Shown in pieces: positions 21,823 through 32,475 of a DNA stretch of 64,000 bases. The position numbers and the translations under genes were made by a program. The stretch's first letter is position 1, and every line of letters begins with the position of its first letter. Below the pieces are notes generated by a model, which did not search any database, was not told the DNA's origin, and saw only the letters and a program-made list of their open reading frames with translations. Source of the DNA: Bacilli bacterium (lineage in GTDB: Bacteria > Bacillota_I > Bacilli_A > RFN20 > CAG-826). The DNA lies in contig JAZLKX010000028.1 of NCBI GenBank assembly GCA_045597865.1, positions 32,001 through 96,000 on the forward strand. Direction: 5' to 3'.

Positions 21823-22833
21823 TTAACGTCTATCTGATGGTTTCTTGTCGTGAACAAATAATGCCATAACAGCTTTAGCTGTGTGGATTCTGTTCTCAGC
21901 TTCTTGATAGACAACTGATTGTGGTCCATCAATAACTTCATCAACAACTTCGTTAACACGGTCTGCTGGAAGTGCATGCATGTAACGGCAGGTTGGTTTT
22001 GCAAGAGCCATTTTGTCTGGTGTACATTTCCATGCTTTTAAGGCAAGAAGTGCATCATCGACGACTGTGGTTGATTGGTTGGTGACCCATGAACCCCAGT
22101 TCTTTGGGAAGACAACATCAGCATCTTTATAAGCTGCATCCATGTCGTGAGTAATAGTGAGAGATCCACCATTTTCAGCGGCATTTTTGCGGGCTTTTTC
22201 GATAACCCAGTCTGGTAAATCATATCCTTCTGGGTATGCTAATGTGACATCAATTCCGTATCTTGGGAAGAGTAAAACTTGTGAAACTGGAACTGAAATT
22301 GGTTTCTTGTGTGTTGTGGCCATTGCCCAAATAACAGAGACCTTTAAGTTCTTAGTTTTGCCAAATTCATCTTCGATTGTCATTAAGTCTGCTAATGCTT
22401 GCATTGGGTGATATAAATCACATTGTAAGTTAATGATAGGAACTGTTGACCATTTGGCCATTTCACGGATGTATTTGTTTCCGAGTCCCCAGTTACAATA
22501 TCTACAAGCAATCATGTGACCGAATGAAGAAAGAATAACTGCAGTATCTTTTGCTGATTCACCATGAGCAATTTGCATCATTGATGTATCAAGGAATGTG
22601 GCGTGGCCACCTAATTGTGCCATACCTGATTCAAATGAGTTTCTTGTACGTGTTGATTGTTCAAAGAACATCAAGAAACCTGTTTTGCCCTCTAAGAAAG
22701 GCATTGGTTCGTTAGCATAGAAAGCATCCTTCATTTCATGGGATACTTTGAGCATGTAGTCGATTTCTTCCTTAGTAAAATCTTCTAAGGTAATAAGATG
22801 ACGACCTGCGAATCTTGGTTCGATTTTTTCCAT
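21823..22833 (-). CDS. YgeW-like (knotted-type) carbamoyltransferase
   Basis: STRTR, NLQCDLYHPMQ, W-A..KPISVP, FPKNW, HALPADR; lacks the OTCase GDGxNN and SMG motifs. Confidence 0.8.
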   Translation of the reverse strand: MEKIEPRFAGRHLITLEDFTKEEIDYMLKVSHEMKDAFYANEPMPFLEGKTGFLMFFEQSTRTRNSFESGMAQLGGHATFLDTSMMQIAHGESAKDTAVILSSFGHMIACRYCNWGLGNKYIREMAKWSTVPIINLQCDLYHPMQALADLMTIEDEFGKTKNLKVSVIWAMATTHKKPISVPVSQVLLFPRYGIDVTLAYPEGYDLPDWVIEKARKNAAENGGSLTITHDMDAAYKDADVVFPKNWGSWVTNQSTTVVDDALLALKAWKCTPDKMALAKPTCRYMHALPADRVNEVVDEVIDGPQSVVYQEAENRIHTAKAVMALFVHDKKPSDRR

Positions 22834-22844
22834 TTTCTATACTC

Positions 22845-24065
22845 CTATTTTTGTTTTGCTAAATTCTCGAGGTAAAGTCCTGGAATTGTAGCGTATAAAG
22901 CTGCACAAATGACAAGATCTTGTTTACGTGTCTTTTCATTTGGTGCGTGAGCTTCTTTTTCATCACCTGGGCCGAAGCCTAAGCAAGGAATTCCAAAACG
23001 TCCACAGATTGAGACGCCATTGGTTGAGAATGTCCACTTATCAATAACTGGAGCTTTTCCAAAGAGTCCTTCGTAACCTTGTTTTAAGGATTGAACGTAG
23101 ATTGATTCCTCTGGAATAACCCAAGTTGGGAAGTAACATTCTTGTTTATAAACTAATCCAGTGTAGGCTGGACGTTCATAATCATACATTGTGACTTCTG
23201 CTTTAGCAGCTTTAACTGCTGGTAAGTTTTCGATTTCGGCAATTGATGTCTTATCGTTTTCACCAACTGTTAAACGTCTATCAAGTGAGATCCAGCAACC
23301 ATCAGCAACTGCACAGCGGCTTGGTGATTTGTGGAAAATTTGGGAAATAGTAACAGTACCTTTTCCTAAGAATGGATCATAGGCAAGACCTGTTTCGTTA
23401 AGTTCCTTAACTTGATTAATAATGTCTGCCATTTTGTAAATAGCATTATCGCCACGTTCTGGTGCAGAACCATGGCAGGAAATACCACGGACGTTGACTT
23501 TGATTTCCATACGTCCACGGTGACCACGATAGATTTGGCAGCTTGTTGGTTCAGTTGAAACAACGAATTCTGGTTTAATCTTATCTTGTTCAATAATGTA
23601 TTTCCAGCAAAGACCATCACAGTCTTCTTCTTGAACAGTACCTGTTACAAGAAGTGTGTAATCATCTTCAAGGCCTAAATCTTTAATGATTTTGCCTGCA
23701 TAGACCATTGAAGCCATACCACCTTCTTGGTCTGAAGTTCCACGTCCACCAATGTAGACATCATCTTCAAAACCTTCATATGGATCGAACTTCCAGTTCT
23801 TAATTTCGCCAATACCGACTGTGTCGATATGTGCGTCCATAGCGATGAGGTGTTTACCATGGCCAATATAGCCCATTACGTTGCCCATTGGGTCGATTTC
23901 GACTTTGTCAAAACCAACTTTGAGCATTTCTTCTTTAATGCGGAGAACGACATCTTTTTCTTCACATGATTCTGATGGAATCTTAACCATGTCACGAAGG
24001 AATTTTGTCATATCAGCCTTATATGATTCGGCTTTCTTGAGGATTTCTTCGAATGAAACTTTCAT
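22845..24065 (-). CDS. ygeY: YgeY-family M20 amidohydrolase (ureido/carbamoylase)
   Basis: [56 protein letters not shown]. Confidence 0.92.
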   Translation of the reverse strand: MKVSFEEILKKAESYKADMTKFLRDMVKIPSESCEEKDVVLRIKEEMLKVGFDKVEIDPMGNVMGYIGHGKHLIAMDAHIDTVGIGEIKNWKFDPYEGFEDDVYIGGRGTSDQEGGMASMVYAGKIIKDLGLEDDYTLLVTGTVQEEDCDGLCWKYIIEQDKIKPEFVVSTEPTSCQIYRGHRGRMEIKVNVRGISCHGSAPERGDNAIYKMADIINQVKELNETGLAYDPFLGKGTVTISQIFHKSPSRCAVADGCWISLDRRLTVGENDKTSIAEIENLPAVKAAKAEVTMYDYERPAYTGLVYKQECYFPTWVIPEESIYVQSLKQGYEGLFGKAPVIDKWTFSTNGVSICGRFGIPCLGFGPGDEKEAHAPNEKTRKQDLVICAALYATIPGLYLENLAKQK

Positions 24066-25435
24066 TATTTGATTTCCTTTCCACGCATTTCTTTAATCTT
24101 CTTATCGTATTCGAAGACTTTGTTATATTCTGCTTCCCAGAATTCTGGTTTTCTCATGGCATCAAGATATTCTTGTTTGTAGCCGAATTTTAACCAGTCT
24201 GATTCTTTTTGTTTGAAGAGTTTTTCTTTAGCTTCTGCTCCACGTGTATCTAAGATATAGGAACCATCAGCGCCCATAAAGACGTCGTTGAACCATCTCT
24301 CTAAAACGTGATCAGTAACTTCGAGTTCTCTATCATGGAGGTTCTTAATGACTGATGGGTATCTATCAAATGAGTCGGTTGCGATTGTAACGACGTTGTC
24401 GTTTGGACCGAGTTTGAGATATTTTGCCATCTTGATAGCTCCAAGAATATTACAAATACCGGAGACACCAAAGAGGTCTACCATTGAATCTGCAACTTTT
24501 GCTGGAACACCATGTGCTTTAAGGATTTCTTTACCTTCATGGATAACTGCTAAACCACGAACACAATCATCATCGATGATTTGGGTGATGAAGTCAGTTG
24601 TTAAGGCGTTGTGAATAAGAGTAATCATCTTATCGCCAATACCTTCAATTCTGTGTTGTCCTAAACCACCATTGGTGAGTGTTGAACATTCATGTGGTTC
24701 AAGAGCTGCAATTTTACATTCTGGGAATGCAACTTTAATTTGGTCGCCTGCTGCTAAAGTACCGGCTGAGCCTGGTGCTGAACAGAAACATGCGATACGA
24801 CCATTACCAATACCTTTAACAGCTTCGATACAGGAATTACCAGTAACGTGTCTGTGGAAACGATAGTTTGGTAAAAGCTCAAATTGAGCTAAAGTTCTAT
24901 TCATTGGGTTCTTCTTAAGTTCGTATGTTCTTTCAAGTGTAAGAATAACGTCTGATTCTGAACCTGGTGTCAAATCAAGTTTTGCACCGTATTTTGAAAT
25001 ACGTTCATATCTTTCTTTTGACATGTTGTCTGGCATAATGACGATTGCATCATATTTCATCAAGTTTGTGATGTAAGAAACGCCAATACCAAAGTTGCCT
25101 GTTGAAGGGCCGAGAATTGTGTGTTTTCCTGGGATAATTTCGCCATCAACACATCCTTCCATAAGTGTTGAATAAGCTGGACCAACTTTGTGTGATCCAG
25201 ATGGAAAATACTTACCAAGTAAGACAACGATATTTGCGTCTACACCTGTAAGTTCCTTAGGAAGTACAATTTTATTAACTTCGTCTTTATCATTCTTCCA
25301 TGTGATATTGAAGAGGTTAATTGGGTCAAGTTCATTTGCCTTGATTGCTTTGAGAGCATCTGCTCTGACTTTAGGATCTTGATGTGATGGATTTAACATT
25401 TCATCATACGTAGGTCCAAATGGAATTTTTGACAT
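24065..25435 (-). CDS. Large fold-type II PLP enzyme (cysteine-synthase-like, function unknown)
   Basis: FPSGSHKVG (PLP Lys), [27 protein letters not shown]. Confidence 0.8.
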   Translation of the reverse strand: MSKIPFGPTYDEMLNPSHQDPKVRADALKAIKANELDPINLFNITWKNDKDEVNKIVLPKELTGVDANIVVLLGKYFPSGSHKVGPAYSTLMEGCVDGEIIPGKHTILGPSTGNFGIGVSYITNLMKYDAIVIMPDNMSKERYERISKYGAKLDLTPGSESDVILTLERTYELKKNPMNRTLAQFELLPNYRFHRHVTGNSCIEAVKGIGNGRIACFCSAPGSAGTLAAGDQIKVAFPECKIAALEPHECSTLTNGGLGQHRIEGIGDKMITLIHNALTTDFITQIIDDDCVRGLAVIHEGKEILKAHGVPAKVADSMVDLFGVSGICNILGAIKMAKYLKLGPNDNVVTIATDSFDRYPSVIKNLHDRELEVTDHVLERWFNDVFMGADGSYILDTRGAEAKEKLFKQKESDWLKFGYKQEYLDAMRKPEFWEAEYNKVFEYDKKIKEMRGKEIK

Positions 25436-25436
25436 T

Positions 25437-26681
25437 TTAAATTGCTCCTTTTTGTCTTAAATACTCATCCAATTTGTCCATGTTAGGTTCAAGTGGATCA
25501 GGCATGGATACCGCCTTTTGTCCGTTGACTGGGTCTTTTAGACCATTACCAGTCACGATAGTAGTAACTGTTTCATTAGGTTTGATGATGCCTAATTCAA
25601 CAGCCTTTTTGATGCCTGCAATTGCGGCAACACCGGCAGGTTCACCGAAGATACCTTCGGTTCTTCCGAGTAAACCCATTGCTTTAATGATATCACTATC
25701 AGGCACTGAAACCCAAGCACCATTACTGAATTTAATTGCATTAAGTGCTTTAATAGGGTTTCTTGGGATGCCAACTGCAATAGAGTCAGCAAGAGTGTTT
25801 TCATCTGCTTCTTTGAGTGGTTCACCTGTTTCACTTGAAATAACAAATGGACAACATCCAGTAGATTGAACACCAAAAATTTTTGGAATTCGTTTGATTA
25901 AACCTAACTTATGGAATTCCATAAATCCTTTGTATACGCCACCAACTGTGCATCCGTCACCAACAGATACAGCTACCCAATCAGTAGGTTCCCAGTTAAG
26001 TTGTTCGGCAATTTCCATAGAAACTGTCTTTTTACCTTCAACCATGAATGGGTTTATGGCAGCATTACGGTTGTACCAACCGTATTTATCGATAGCAGCT
26101 TTAGAAAGTTGGAATGCGGCTTTATAGTCGCCGTCAACTTTCACTAAAGTAGCACCGTATAAACAAATTTGCGTGGCTTTGCCAATAGGTGCTCTTTTTG
26201 GGACGAAAATAACTGCTTTGAGTCCCATATGAGCTGCTTGACAAGCACAGCTTGATGCGGCGTTTCCTGTAGAAGAACAAGCAATAACTTTTGCTCCAGC
26301 TTCAACAGCCTTTAAGACTGCAACACCAGAAGCTCTATCTTTGCTTGATCCACTTGGATTTAAGCCATCATCTTTTACGTATAGCTTTGCTACACCTAAT
26401 TCTTTCTCTAAATTTCTTGCATGATAGAGTGGAGTCCATCCGACTCTTAACATTTCATCGATGTGATCTTCTTTAATTCCCATGATAGGTGCATAACGCC
26501 ACATTGAGTAATTACGGTTGTTAGAAAAGTATTCTTTGGTAAGTACTTTTTTAAGCTCATCGTAATCATAGATTACGTCAAGGATGCCTTTTTCGCCACA
26601 GTGAGGACAGGTTAAACCTACTTCACCTTCTTTAAATTCGGCACCACAGATCGTACAACGATAACCTTTAATATAACTCAT
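25437..26681 (-). CDS. Threonine-synthase-like PLP enzyme with N-terminal Zn ribbon
   Basis: CxxC...CxxC, GWTPL, NPSGSSKDR, SSTGNAA, EGKKT, TGNGLKD. Confidence 0.85.
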   Translation of the reverse strand: MSYIKGYRCTICGAEFKEGEVGLTCPHCGEKGILDVIYDYDELKKVLTKEYFSNNRNYSMWRYAPIMGIKEDHIDEMLRVGWTPLYHARNLEKELGVAKLYVKDDGLNPSGSSKDRASGVAVLKAVEAGAKVIACSSTGNAASSCACQAAHMGLKAVIFVPKRAPIGKATQICLYGATLVKVDGDYKAAFQLSKAAIDKYGWYNRNAAINPFMVEGKKTVSMEIAEQLNWEPTDWVAVSVGDGCTVGGVYKGFMEFHKLGLIKRIPKIFGVQSTGCCPFVISSETGEPLKEADENTLADSIAVGIPRNPIKALNAIKFSNGAWVSVPDSDIIKAMGLLGRTEGIFGEPAGVAAIAGIKKAVELGIIKPNETVTTIVTGNGLKDPVNGQKAVSMPDPLEPNMDKLDEYLRQKGAI

Positions 26682-27532
26682 TATTTACCTCCTACAACTT
26701 TGTCGATAAATTCTGAAACGATGTTCATTGCAACTTTATGACGGTATTCAGCATTTGAACGTTGGTCATCAATTGGAGTAATGATTTTTCCATACTTCTC
26801 AATGAACTCATTTTTACGAGCTTTTAATTCAGAAACTGATAAGCCAATAATTTCTTTTTCGATGTCATGAGAACGGACTGCTTTAATTGAGACAGAACCG
26901 AAAGATAATGCAAATTTCTCGACGATTTTCCCGCGAATTCCCCAATATCCTGCTACCATGACCTTAGAAATTGAATCGGCTTTTCTTGAGCCAACTTTCC
27001 ACCACATATCACCTAAATAATCAAGTTTTGGGAAGATAAGTTCAGTGATTAATTCATCTGGATGACGATCAATTTTTCTAACGCCAAGAACAAAGTTTTC
27101 GACGTCAACAAGTCTTTCACCATTTACTGACTCAAGTTTAACTTTTGCATCAAGTAAGAAATCAACAACAATTGTGTCACCTGCTGGAGATGCGTTTGCA
27201 AGGTTTCCAGCAAGTGTTGCAAAGTGTCTAATGTTTGCTGATGCAACTTGGCTAACTGCTTTCTTTAATAATGCAGGTGTAAGTTTTGAATTTAAGACTT
27301 CATCAAGAGTTGTGCCAGCTTTGACATGAACTCCTGCTTCGTCTTCATAAATACCTTTTAATTCATCAATGTGTGATGTGTATAAAATGTCTTTATCAAA
27401 CTTAGGTGCTAAACCTGCAGTGTTTTTCTTCATGACCATGAGGTCAGAACCGCCTGCTACTATGTAGCAATCGTGCTTAGAAAGGACTTCTAATGCTTCT
27501 TTTTTAGAAGTTGGAATGTATTTTTCTACCAT
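26681..27532 (-). CDS. Xanthine dehydrogenase family FAD-binding subunit
   Basis: AGGSDL, IRHFATLAGNLANASPAGD, PIDDQRSNAEYR. Confidence 0.92.
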   Translation of the reverse strand: MVEKYIPTSKKEALEVLSKHDCYIVAGGSDLMVMKKNTAGLAPKFDKDILYTSHIDELKGIYEDEAGVHVKAGTTLDEVLNSKLTPALLKKAVSQVASANIRHFATLAGNLANASPAGDTIVVDFLLDAKVKLESVNGERLVDVENFVLGVRKIDRHPDELITELIFPKLDYLGDMWWKVGSRKADSISKVMVAGYWGIRGKIVEKFALSFGSVSIKAVRSHDIEKEIIGLSVSELKARKNEFIEKYGKIITPIDDQRSNAEYRHKVAMNIVSEFIDKVVGGK

Positions 27533-27996
27533 AATCCTGCTCCTTTCTTAGCAGCTTTTAAGACTGCTTCAACGATTGCTTGATAACCTGTACATCTGCA
27601 AAGGTTACCAGACATTTCTTCTCTAACTTGTGCCTCGGTTGGATGAGGATTGTGTTTGAGAAGTGAGTAGGCTGCAATGATCATTCCTGGAGTACAGAAA
27701 CCACATTGTGAGCCACCCATTTCAGCAAATGCTTGTTGTAAAACATCAAATGCTTTTGTTTCTTTTAAACCTTCAATTGTAACGAAGTCATGGCCAATTG
27801 CGTTTGCAACTGGAAGTAAGCATGAGTTAACGGATTTGCCATCCATTAAAACAACACATGCTCCACATGAGCCTTCACCACATCCTTCTTTGGTGCCATT
27901 GAGGTGTAAAACGTCTCTAACAACATCAAGGAATCTCATGGATGGATCGACATCAATTTCAACAGGTTTTCCATTCATATTAAAATTAATTTTCAT
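27526..27996 (-). CDS. Xanthine dehydrogenase family 2x[2Fe-2S] subunit
   Basis: KEGCGEGSCGAC, QCGFCTPG, NLCRCTGY. Confidence 0.95.
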   Translation of the reverse strand: MKINFNMNGKPVEIDVDPSMRFLDVVRDVLHLNGTKEGCGEGSCGACVVLMDGKSVNSCLLPVANAIGHDFVTIEGLKETKAFDVLQQAFAEMGGSQCGFCTPGMIIAAYSLLKHNPHPTEAQVREEMSGNLCRCTGYQAIVEAVLKAAKKGAGLW

Positions 27997-30082
27997 GTTT
28001 CATAACCTCCATAAGATATTCAGGATTTGCAGGGATTTTTGAAATTTTTCGGCCAATTGCGTTCTCAATTGCGAGTGCAACAGCAGGTGCTCCACCAACC
28101 AATGTGAGCTCGCCCATTCCCTTTGCTCCGTTAGCGCCATAGATAAATGGATTATCGATGAATGCTGTTTCCATATGAGGAGCATCTTCAAATGTTGGAA
28201 TGATGTAATCAGATAAGTTTCTGTTTCTCATTCTTCCATCAACACATTTCATTTCTTCTAAGTAGCCATAGCCAAGTCCTTGGAGTAATCCTCCATCAGC
28301 TTGACCTACAGCAATTCTTTCGTCTACAACTCGACCAACGTCATAAGTTGACCAAGTATTTAAGACCGATACTTGATATGTAACTGGATTGAATTCAACT
28401 TCAACTACGTTGACACCCCAAGAATAACCTGGATAAGCATCACCTTGCATTGTATCTTCATCCCAATGGATGTAGCTTGGTCCAACGTAAGGTTCGACGT
28501 ACTCTTGTCTTTCTCCGCTCTTCCAAATTTCTTTTAAGTGTTTTGCACACTTCTCAAATAAGAAGCCGACAATAATTATTGTACGTGATGCAGCTGTTGG
28601 TCCAGAGTCAGGAGTGTGGTCTGTATCAGGTGCTTCAAATGAAACTTGATCTTCTGGGAGACCTAAAGTATTTGAAACAATCTTCTTAAGTGTTGTGCGG
28701 TTACCTTGACCAAAATCAACTGGTGCGGCGTAACAATAAACATGGTCATGTTCATCTTTAACAAGTTTTACTTTGCCGTGAATGATGTCTGACTCACCTG
28801 AACCAGTAAATCCGCAACCATGGAGGAAGATGGACATACCAATGCCTTTATTACAACCTGGTTTTGAATAAGTTTTTAGCTTACGTTTGTAATCTGACAT
28901 CTTCATAGCCTTTTCCATAAGTTCTTTTAGAATGATTGGATCATGGAAATGACCGTTATTTGCAGTTACATCACCTTGCTTTGCAAGATATTTAAATCTA
29001 AGTTCTAGAGGATCAACTCCAAGTTCTTTTGCAACGTGATGAATGAACATTTCCATTGCAAAGATTGTTTGAGGAGAACCGAAACCTCTAAATGCTGCAG
29101 TTGGAGTTGTGTTTGTCATATAGACATCTCCAACAACATCTAAATTTTCAAATACATAAGCATTTGATGAAGCAATTAAAGCACGAGAAAGAACAACACC
29201 AGAGCATCCTTTGTATGCTCCGCCATTTAATCCGACTCTAATCTTTAATCCTAAAATATTGTTGTCTTTATCAACTAATGCTTCATATTCACTAAGTGAA
29301 GGATGGCGTTTTGTTGTGAAAGTAATGTCTTCAGCACGTTCAAAACACATCTTAACTGGTTTATGAAGTGCTAAAGCAGCAACTGCTACTTGTGAGCCAA
29401 TCATTGATGGATAGTGTTCCTTACCACCAAAGGCTCCACCGACTGCTGGTTGGATTACTCTAACTTCGTCATCTTTAAGTCCGCAGGATCTCATAACTGC
29501 ACGCTTAATATAGAAAGGACATTGCATTGAACCTGTGAGTGTGAGTTTATCGTTCTCATCAAAGTAACAAATGATGCCTTGGTTCTCTAAGTAAGCTTGC
29601 TCTTGATAACCTGTTTCGTAAGTATGTTTGATTACCTTAACTGCTTTAGCTTTTGCAGCCTCGTAATCGCCCTTCTTAAATGCCTTGTGAATGTAGCTTT
29701 CAGTTAACTCATAAACAGGGGTTTCTTCTTCATAATCAATTTTGATCTCGGAAGCCAATTTATCCAGGATTTCCTTGTCTTTTCCAACAAAAATACCTAT
29801 GGATTCCCCAATAAAGTTAACTCTTCCAGCTGCAAAGACAGGCCAGTCTGAGAAGATAATATTAACGACGTTTTCGCCCTTAATATCATCAGCACAGAAC
29901 CAGTGATATCCTTCTGGCATTTTAGGAAGTGTTATCTTCTTAATTTTTCCACGAGCCACTGTAGATCTAACAGTCTTCGCGAAAAGCACATCTGGGAAGC
30001 TAATATCATCTGTGAACTTAGCTTCACCACGAACCTTTTCAGGAAAGTCTACCTTTGCTGTGGAAGTTTTAAATTTATCCAT
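27986..30082 (-). CDS. Xanthine dehydrogenase family molybdopterin-binding subunit (XdhA/PucD-like)
   Basis: QAYLE, GGAFGGKE, FRGFGSPQ, GQG, PTAASRT, GAKGMGE. Confidence 0.93.
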   Translation of the reverse strand: MDKFKTSTAKVDFPEKVRGEAKFTDDISFPDVLFAKTVRSTVARGKIKKITLPKMPEGYHWFCADDIKGENVVNIIFSDWPVFAAGRVNFIGESIGIFVGKDKEILDKLASEIKIDYEEETPVYELTESYIHKAFKKGDYEAAKAKAVKVIKHTYETGYQEQAYLENQGIICYFDENDKLTLTGSMQCPFYIKRAVMRSCGLKDDEVRVIQPAVGGAFGGKEHYPSMIGSQVAVAALALHKPVKMCFERAEDITFTTKRHPSLSEYEALVDKDNNILGLKIRVGLNGGAYKGCSGVVLSRALIASSNAYVFENLDVVGDVYMTNTTPTAAFRGFGSPQTIFAMEMFIHHVAKELGVDPLELRFKYLAKQGDVTANNGHFHDPIILKELMEKAMKMSDYKRKLKTYSKPGCNKGIGMSIFLHGCGFTGSGESDIIHGKVKLVKDEHDHVYCYAAPVDFGQGNRTTLKKIVSNTLGLPEDQVSFEAPDTDHTPDSGPTAASRTIIIVGFLFEKCAKHLKEIWKSGERQEYVEPYVGPSYIHWDEDTMQGDAYPGYSWGVNVVEVEFNPVTYQVSVLNTWSTYDVGRVVDERIAVGQADGGLLQGLGYGYLEEMKCVDGRMRNRNLSDYIIPTFEDAPHMETAFIDNPFIYGANGAKGMGELTLVGGAPAVALAIENAIGRKISKIPANPEYLMEVMKHEN

Positions 30083-31179
30083 TATTTAGCCCCCTTGTGA
30101 TAAGTAAGTGCTTTGACTGGACATTTGCTAACACAAAGACCGCATCTGAAACATTTCTCAGAATTGAACTTTGGAGTTCCGTCCATTTCTATTGCGAAAT
30201 AAGGACAGATTCTGGCACATGTGCCACACTTGCTACACTTTGTAGCATCAACTGTTGGAGCTTCGCCCATTTCATAGCGAAGTTCTTGATGTAAACCTGT
30301 CTTTATAACATCTTCGACTGATTTGAATCCATACTTTTCAAGTGTTGCTGGGAGGTCAGCAATAATCTTGGCATAGAGTTCTTTTCCACGGAGCATAGCT
30401 GCAGACAACATTTGAACTGCACTTGCACCTGCGAGTAAGAATTCGATGACATCACTTGCAGAAGCAATACCACCAACACCAATAACGGTTAAGGATGGTT
30501 CTGCTTTCTTAATTGTATAGACTGTTGCTAAAGCAATATTCTTAATGTATGGTCCAGAGGTCCATGCAAATCCTTTAGCGTTTCCATAAATAATCTCTCT
30601 ATTAGCAATATCAATTTTCATTGATGGTCCTAATGAGTTAACTGCAACAACACCATTTGCGCCATTAACTTTAATTGTATGGGCAAATCCTTCTGGATCT
30701 GGCATATGAGCAGATATCTTCATATAGAATGGCTTTTTGGTAAGTCTTCTAATTGTTGCGACTGTTTCGCCTAATTGATTTAAGTCATTTCCGACGTAGT
30801 GAGTTGAAACTTCGAATGCATCTGCGAATTTATCGAGTAAAGGAATTAACACTTCCATATCTTCTTTGGTATAACCAACTGAAATAATAAGAGGCTTACC
30901 AATTGAGTTTTTCTTATAGAAAGGTAAAAATTCATTAATCCATTTTTCTTTGCTGTATTCTGTCCAGAGTTCACAGTTCATAATGTAATCACGATCGCCG
31001 TAAATACATGGGTGTGGAATGTGAGCATCTTTTGTTGAAATAGTTTTTGCAACAATTGCGCCACAACCTGCAACCTTCTCTAACCAGAGCATTTTTTCTG
31101 CATCGCCAACGACTGGTCCAGCAGCTGGCATAAGTGGATTTTCAAGTACTAATCCGTCAAACTTTGTAGATATGTCCAT
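30082..31179 (-). CDS. PreA/dihydroorotate-dehydrogenase-like FMN oxidoreductase with C-terminal 2x[4Fe-4S]
   Basis: ENPLMPAAGP, KTIS, NCEL, NSL, SGP, IGVGGI, GASAVQ; CSKCGTC..CP and CFRCGLC..CP. Confidence 0.85.
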   Translation of the reverse strand: MDISTKFDGLVLENPLMPAAGPVVGDAEKMLWLEKVAGCGAIVAKTISTKDAHIPHPCIYGDRDYIMNCELWTEYSKEKWINEFLPFYKKNSIGKPLIISVGYTKEDMEVLIPLLDKFADAFEVSTHYVGNDLNQLGETVATIRRLTKKPFYMKISAHMPDPEGFAHTIKVNGANGVVAVNSLGPSMKIDIANREIIYGNAKGFAWTSGPYIKNIALATVYTIKKAEPSLTVIGVGGIASASDVIEFLLAGASAVQMLSAAMLRGKELYAKIIADLPATLEKYGFKSVEDVIKTGLHQELRYEMGEAPTVDATKCSKCGTCARICPYFAIEMDGTPKFNSEKCFRCGLCVSKCPVKALTYHKGAK

Positions 31180-31181
31180 TG

Positions 31182-32474
31182 TTATTTTCCTCCTTTAACT
31201 TTGGCCCATAAATTATCAGCATATTGTCTAGCCTCAATAACTTGATTTACTAAGGATTTGCTGGTGATTTTGTAGTTTTTCACGCGTTTTTTACCATAAG
31301 TGTAGACATCGCTTGGTTTGAAATTTGGGAACAATCCAAACACGATGTGACCGAGTGCGTTGGTCTCGTCCATCTTGGTAAATGGAGTGTATTGAACTCT
31401 CATAAAGTCGGCTTCATAACCAGACTTAAATTCACCAAGTTTTACACCTAATCTATCTCCAACATATTTGTAAGAGTTTCTAATCATCTTTTGGATGTCA
31501 CCAACGCCTAATGCAGTTGGAGAGCCTGCTCTTACATGTCCAGAGAACAAAACGTTCATGTATTCACTTGCCATGTTGGAATTTAAACCATCATTTCCAA
31601 CCATGACTGGAATATTGTGATCAATGTAGTTTTTAACATAAGGTAAACCAACTGCATTGTTCATATTTGAGGTTGTGTTAACAACCATATAACATTTATT
31701 TTTGGCAATGATGTCGAGTTCTTCATCTTTAAGATGGACACCATGAACGATAAGTGAATTTGGAATTAAGATTCCTGCTTCATCAAATCTTTCAATAATT
31801 GATTTTCCATATTTAGCATAGCTATCTTCTTCATCCATTTCAGATTCTGAAACGTGAACGTGAACTGGAACACCATTTTGAACTTTTGCGATACTCTTTA
31901 GAGTCTTATCTGAAATTGACATTGAAGCGTGCATTCCAAATAATCCTTCACCTGGATACTTTCTAGCAAAGCTAGAGTTCTCTTTTAAACAAGCTTTTAC
32001 ATCGTAACGGTCAGATGTTTCAAAGCAGAAGATTCCACGCATTTTAAGTGGTCCTACAAATGCTTTGCGGAGTTCTTTAAGTGAACCAAGAATTTCTCCT
32101 GAAGCGTGATGGTCAATTACTGAAGTAACACCATTAAGTAAGAATTCTTCACCTGCACAAATTGCAGAGTAGTAAGTTTCTTTGTTAACAAGTTTAGCAT
32201 CTAGCTTCCACCACATTTGATCTAAGATATCTTGGAAATTCTTTGGATTGAATGGAAGAATTAAACCACGAGCAAAGATTGAATAAATGTGTGAGTGTGC
32301 GCAAACAAATGTTGGCATAAGTAAGTCGCCACCAAAATCTTCGACTTTGTCGTAGCCTTTGTTTTTAAAGTTTTTCATGTCACCTACTTCGACAATCTTG
32401 TCATCATAAACAAGGTAGCCGTTTTCGATGTAGGTTACATAGTCATAAATTCTTGCGTTAATAATAGCGTTCAT
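31182..32474 (-). CDS. ssnA: SsnA-family amidohydrolase
   Basis: AHSHIYSIFARG, ILDQMWWKLD, DHHAS, CFETSDR, GMHAS, HVHVSE, SNMNNAVG. Confidence 0.85.
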   Translation of the reverse strand: MNAIINARIYDYVTYIENGYLVYDDKIVEVGDMKNFKNKGYDKVEDFGGDLLMPTFVCAHSHIYSIFARGLILPFNPKNFQDILDQMWWKLDAKLVNKETYYSAICAGEEFLLNGVTSVIDHHASGEILGSLKELRKAFVGPLKMRGIFCFETSDRYDVKACLKENSSFARKYPGEGLFGMHASMSISDKTLKSIAKVQNGVPVHVHVSESEMDEEDSYAKYGKSIIERFDEAGILIPNSLIVHGVHLKDEELDIIAKNKCYMVVNTTSNMNNAVGLPYVKNYIDHNIPVMVGNDGLNSNMASEYMNVLFSGHVRAGSPTALGVGDIQKMIRNSYKYVGDRLGVKLGEFKSGYEADFMRVQYTPFTKMDETNALGHIVFGLFPNFKPSDVYTYGKKRVKNYKITSKSLVNQVIEARQYADNLWAKVKGGK

Positions 32475-32475
32475 A

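Noticed and set aside
21823-26681. argF, cysK and thrC as amino-acid biosynthesis genes
   Set aside because: Motifs deviate, pathway partners are absent, and the genes are embedded in a catabolic ygeY/ssnA/xdh operon
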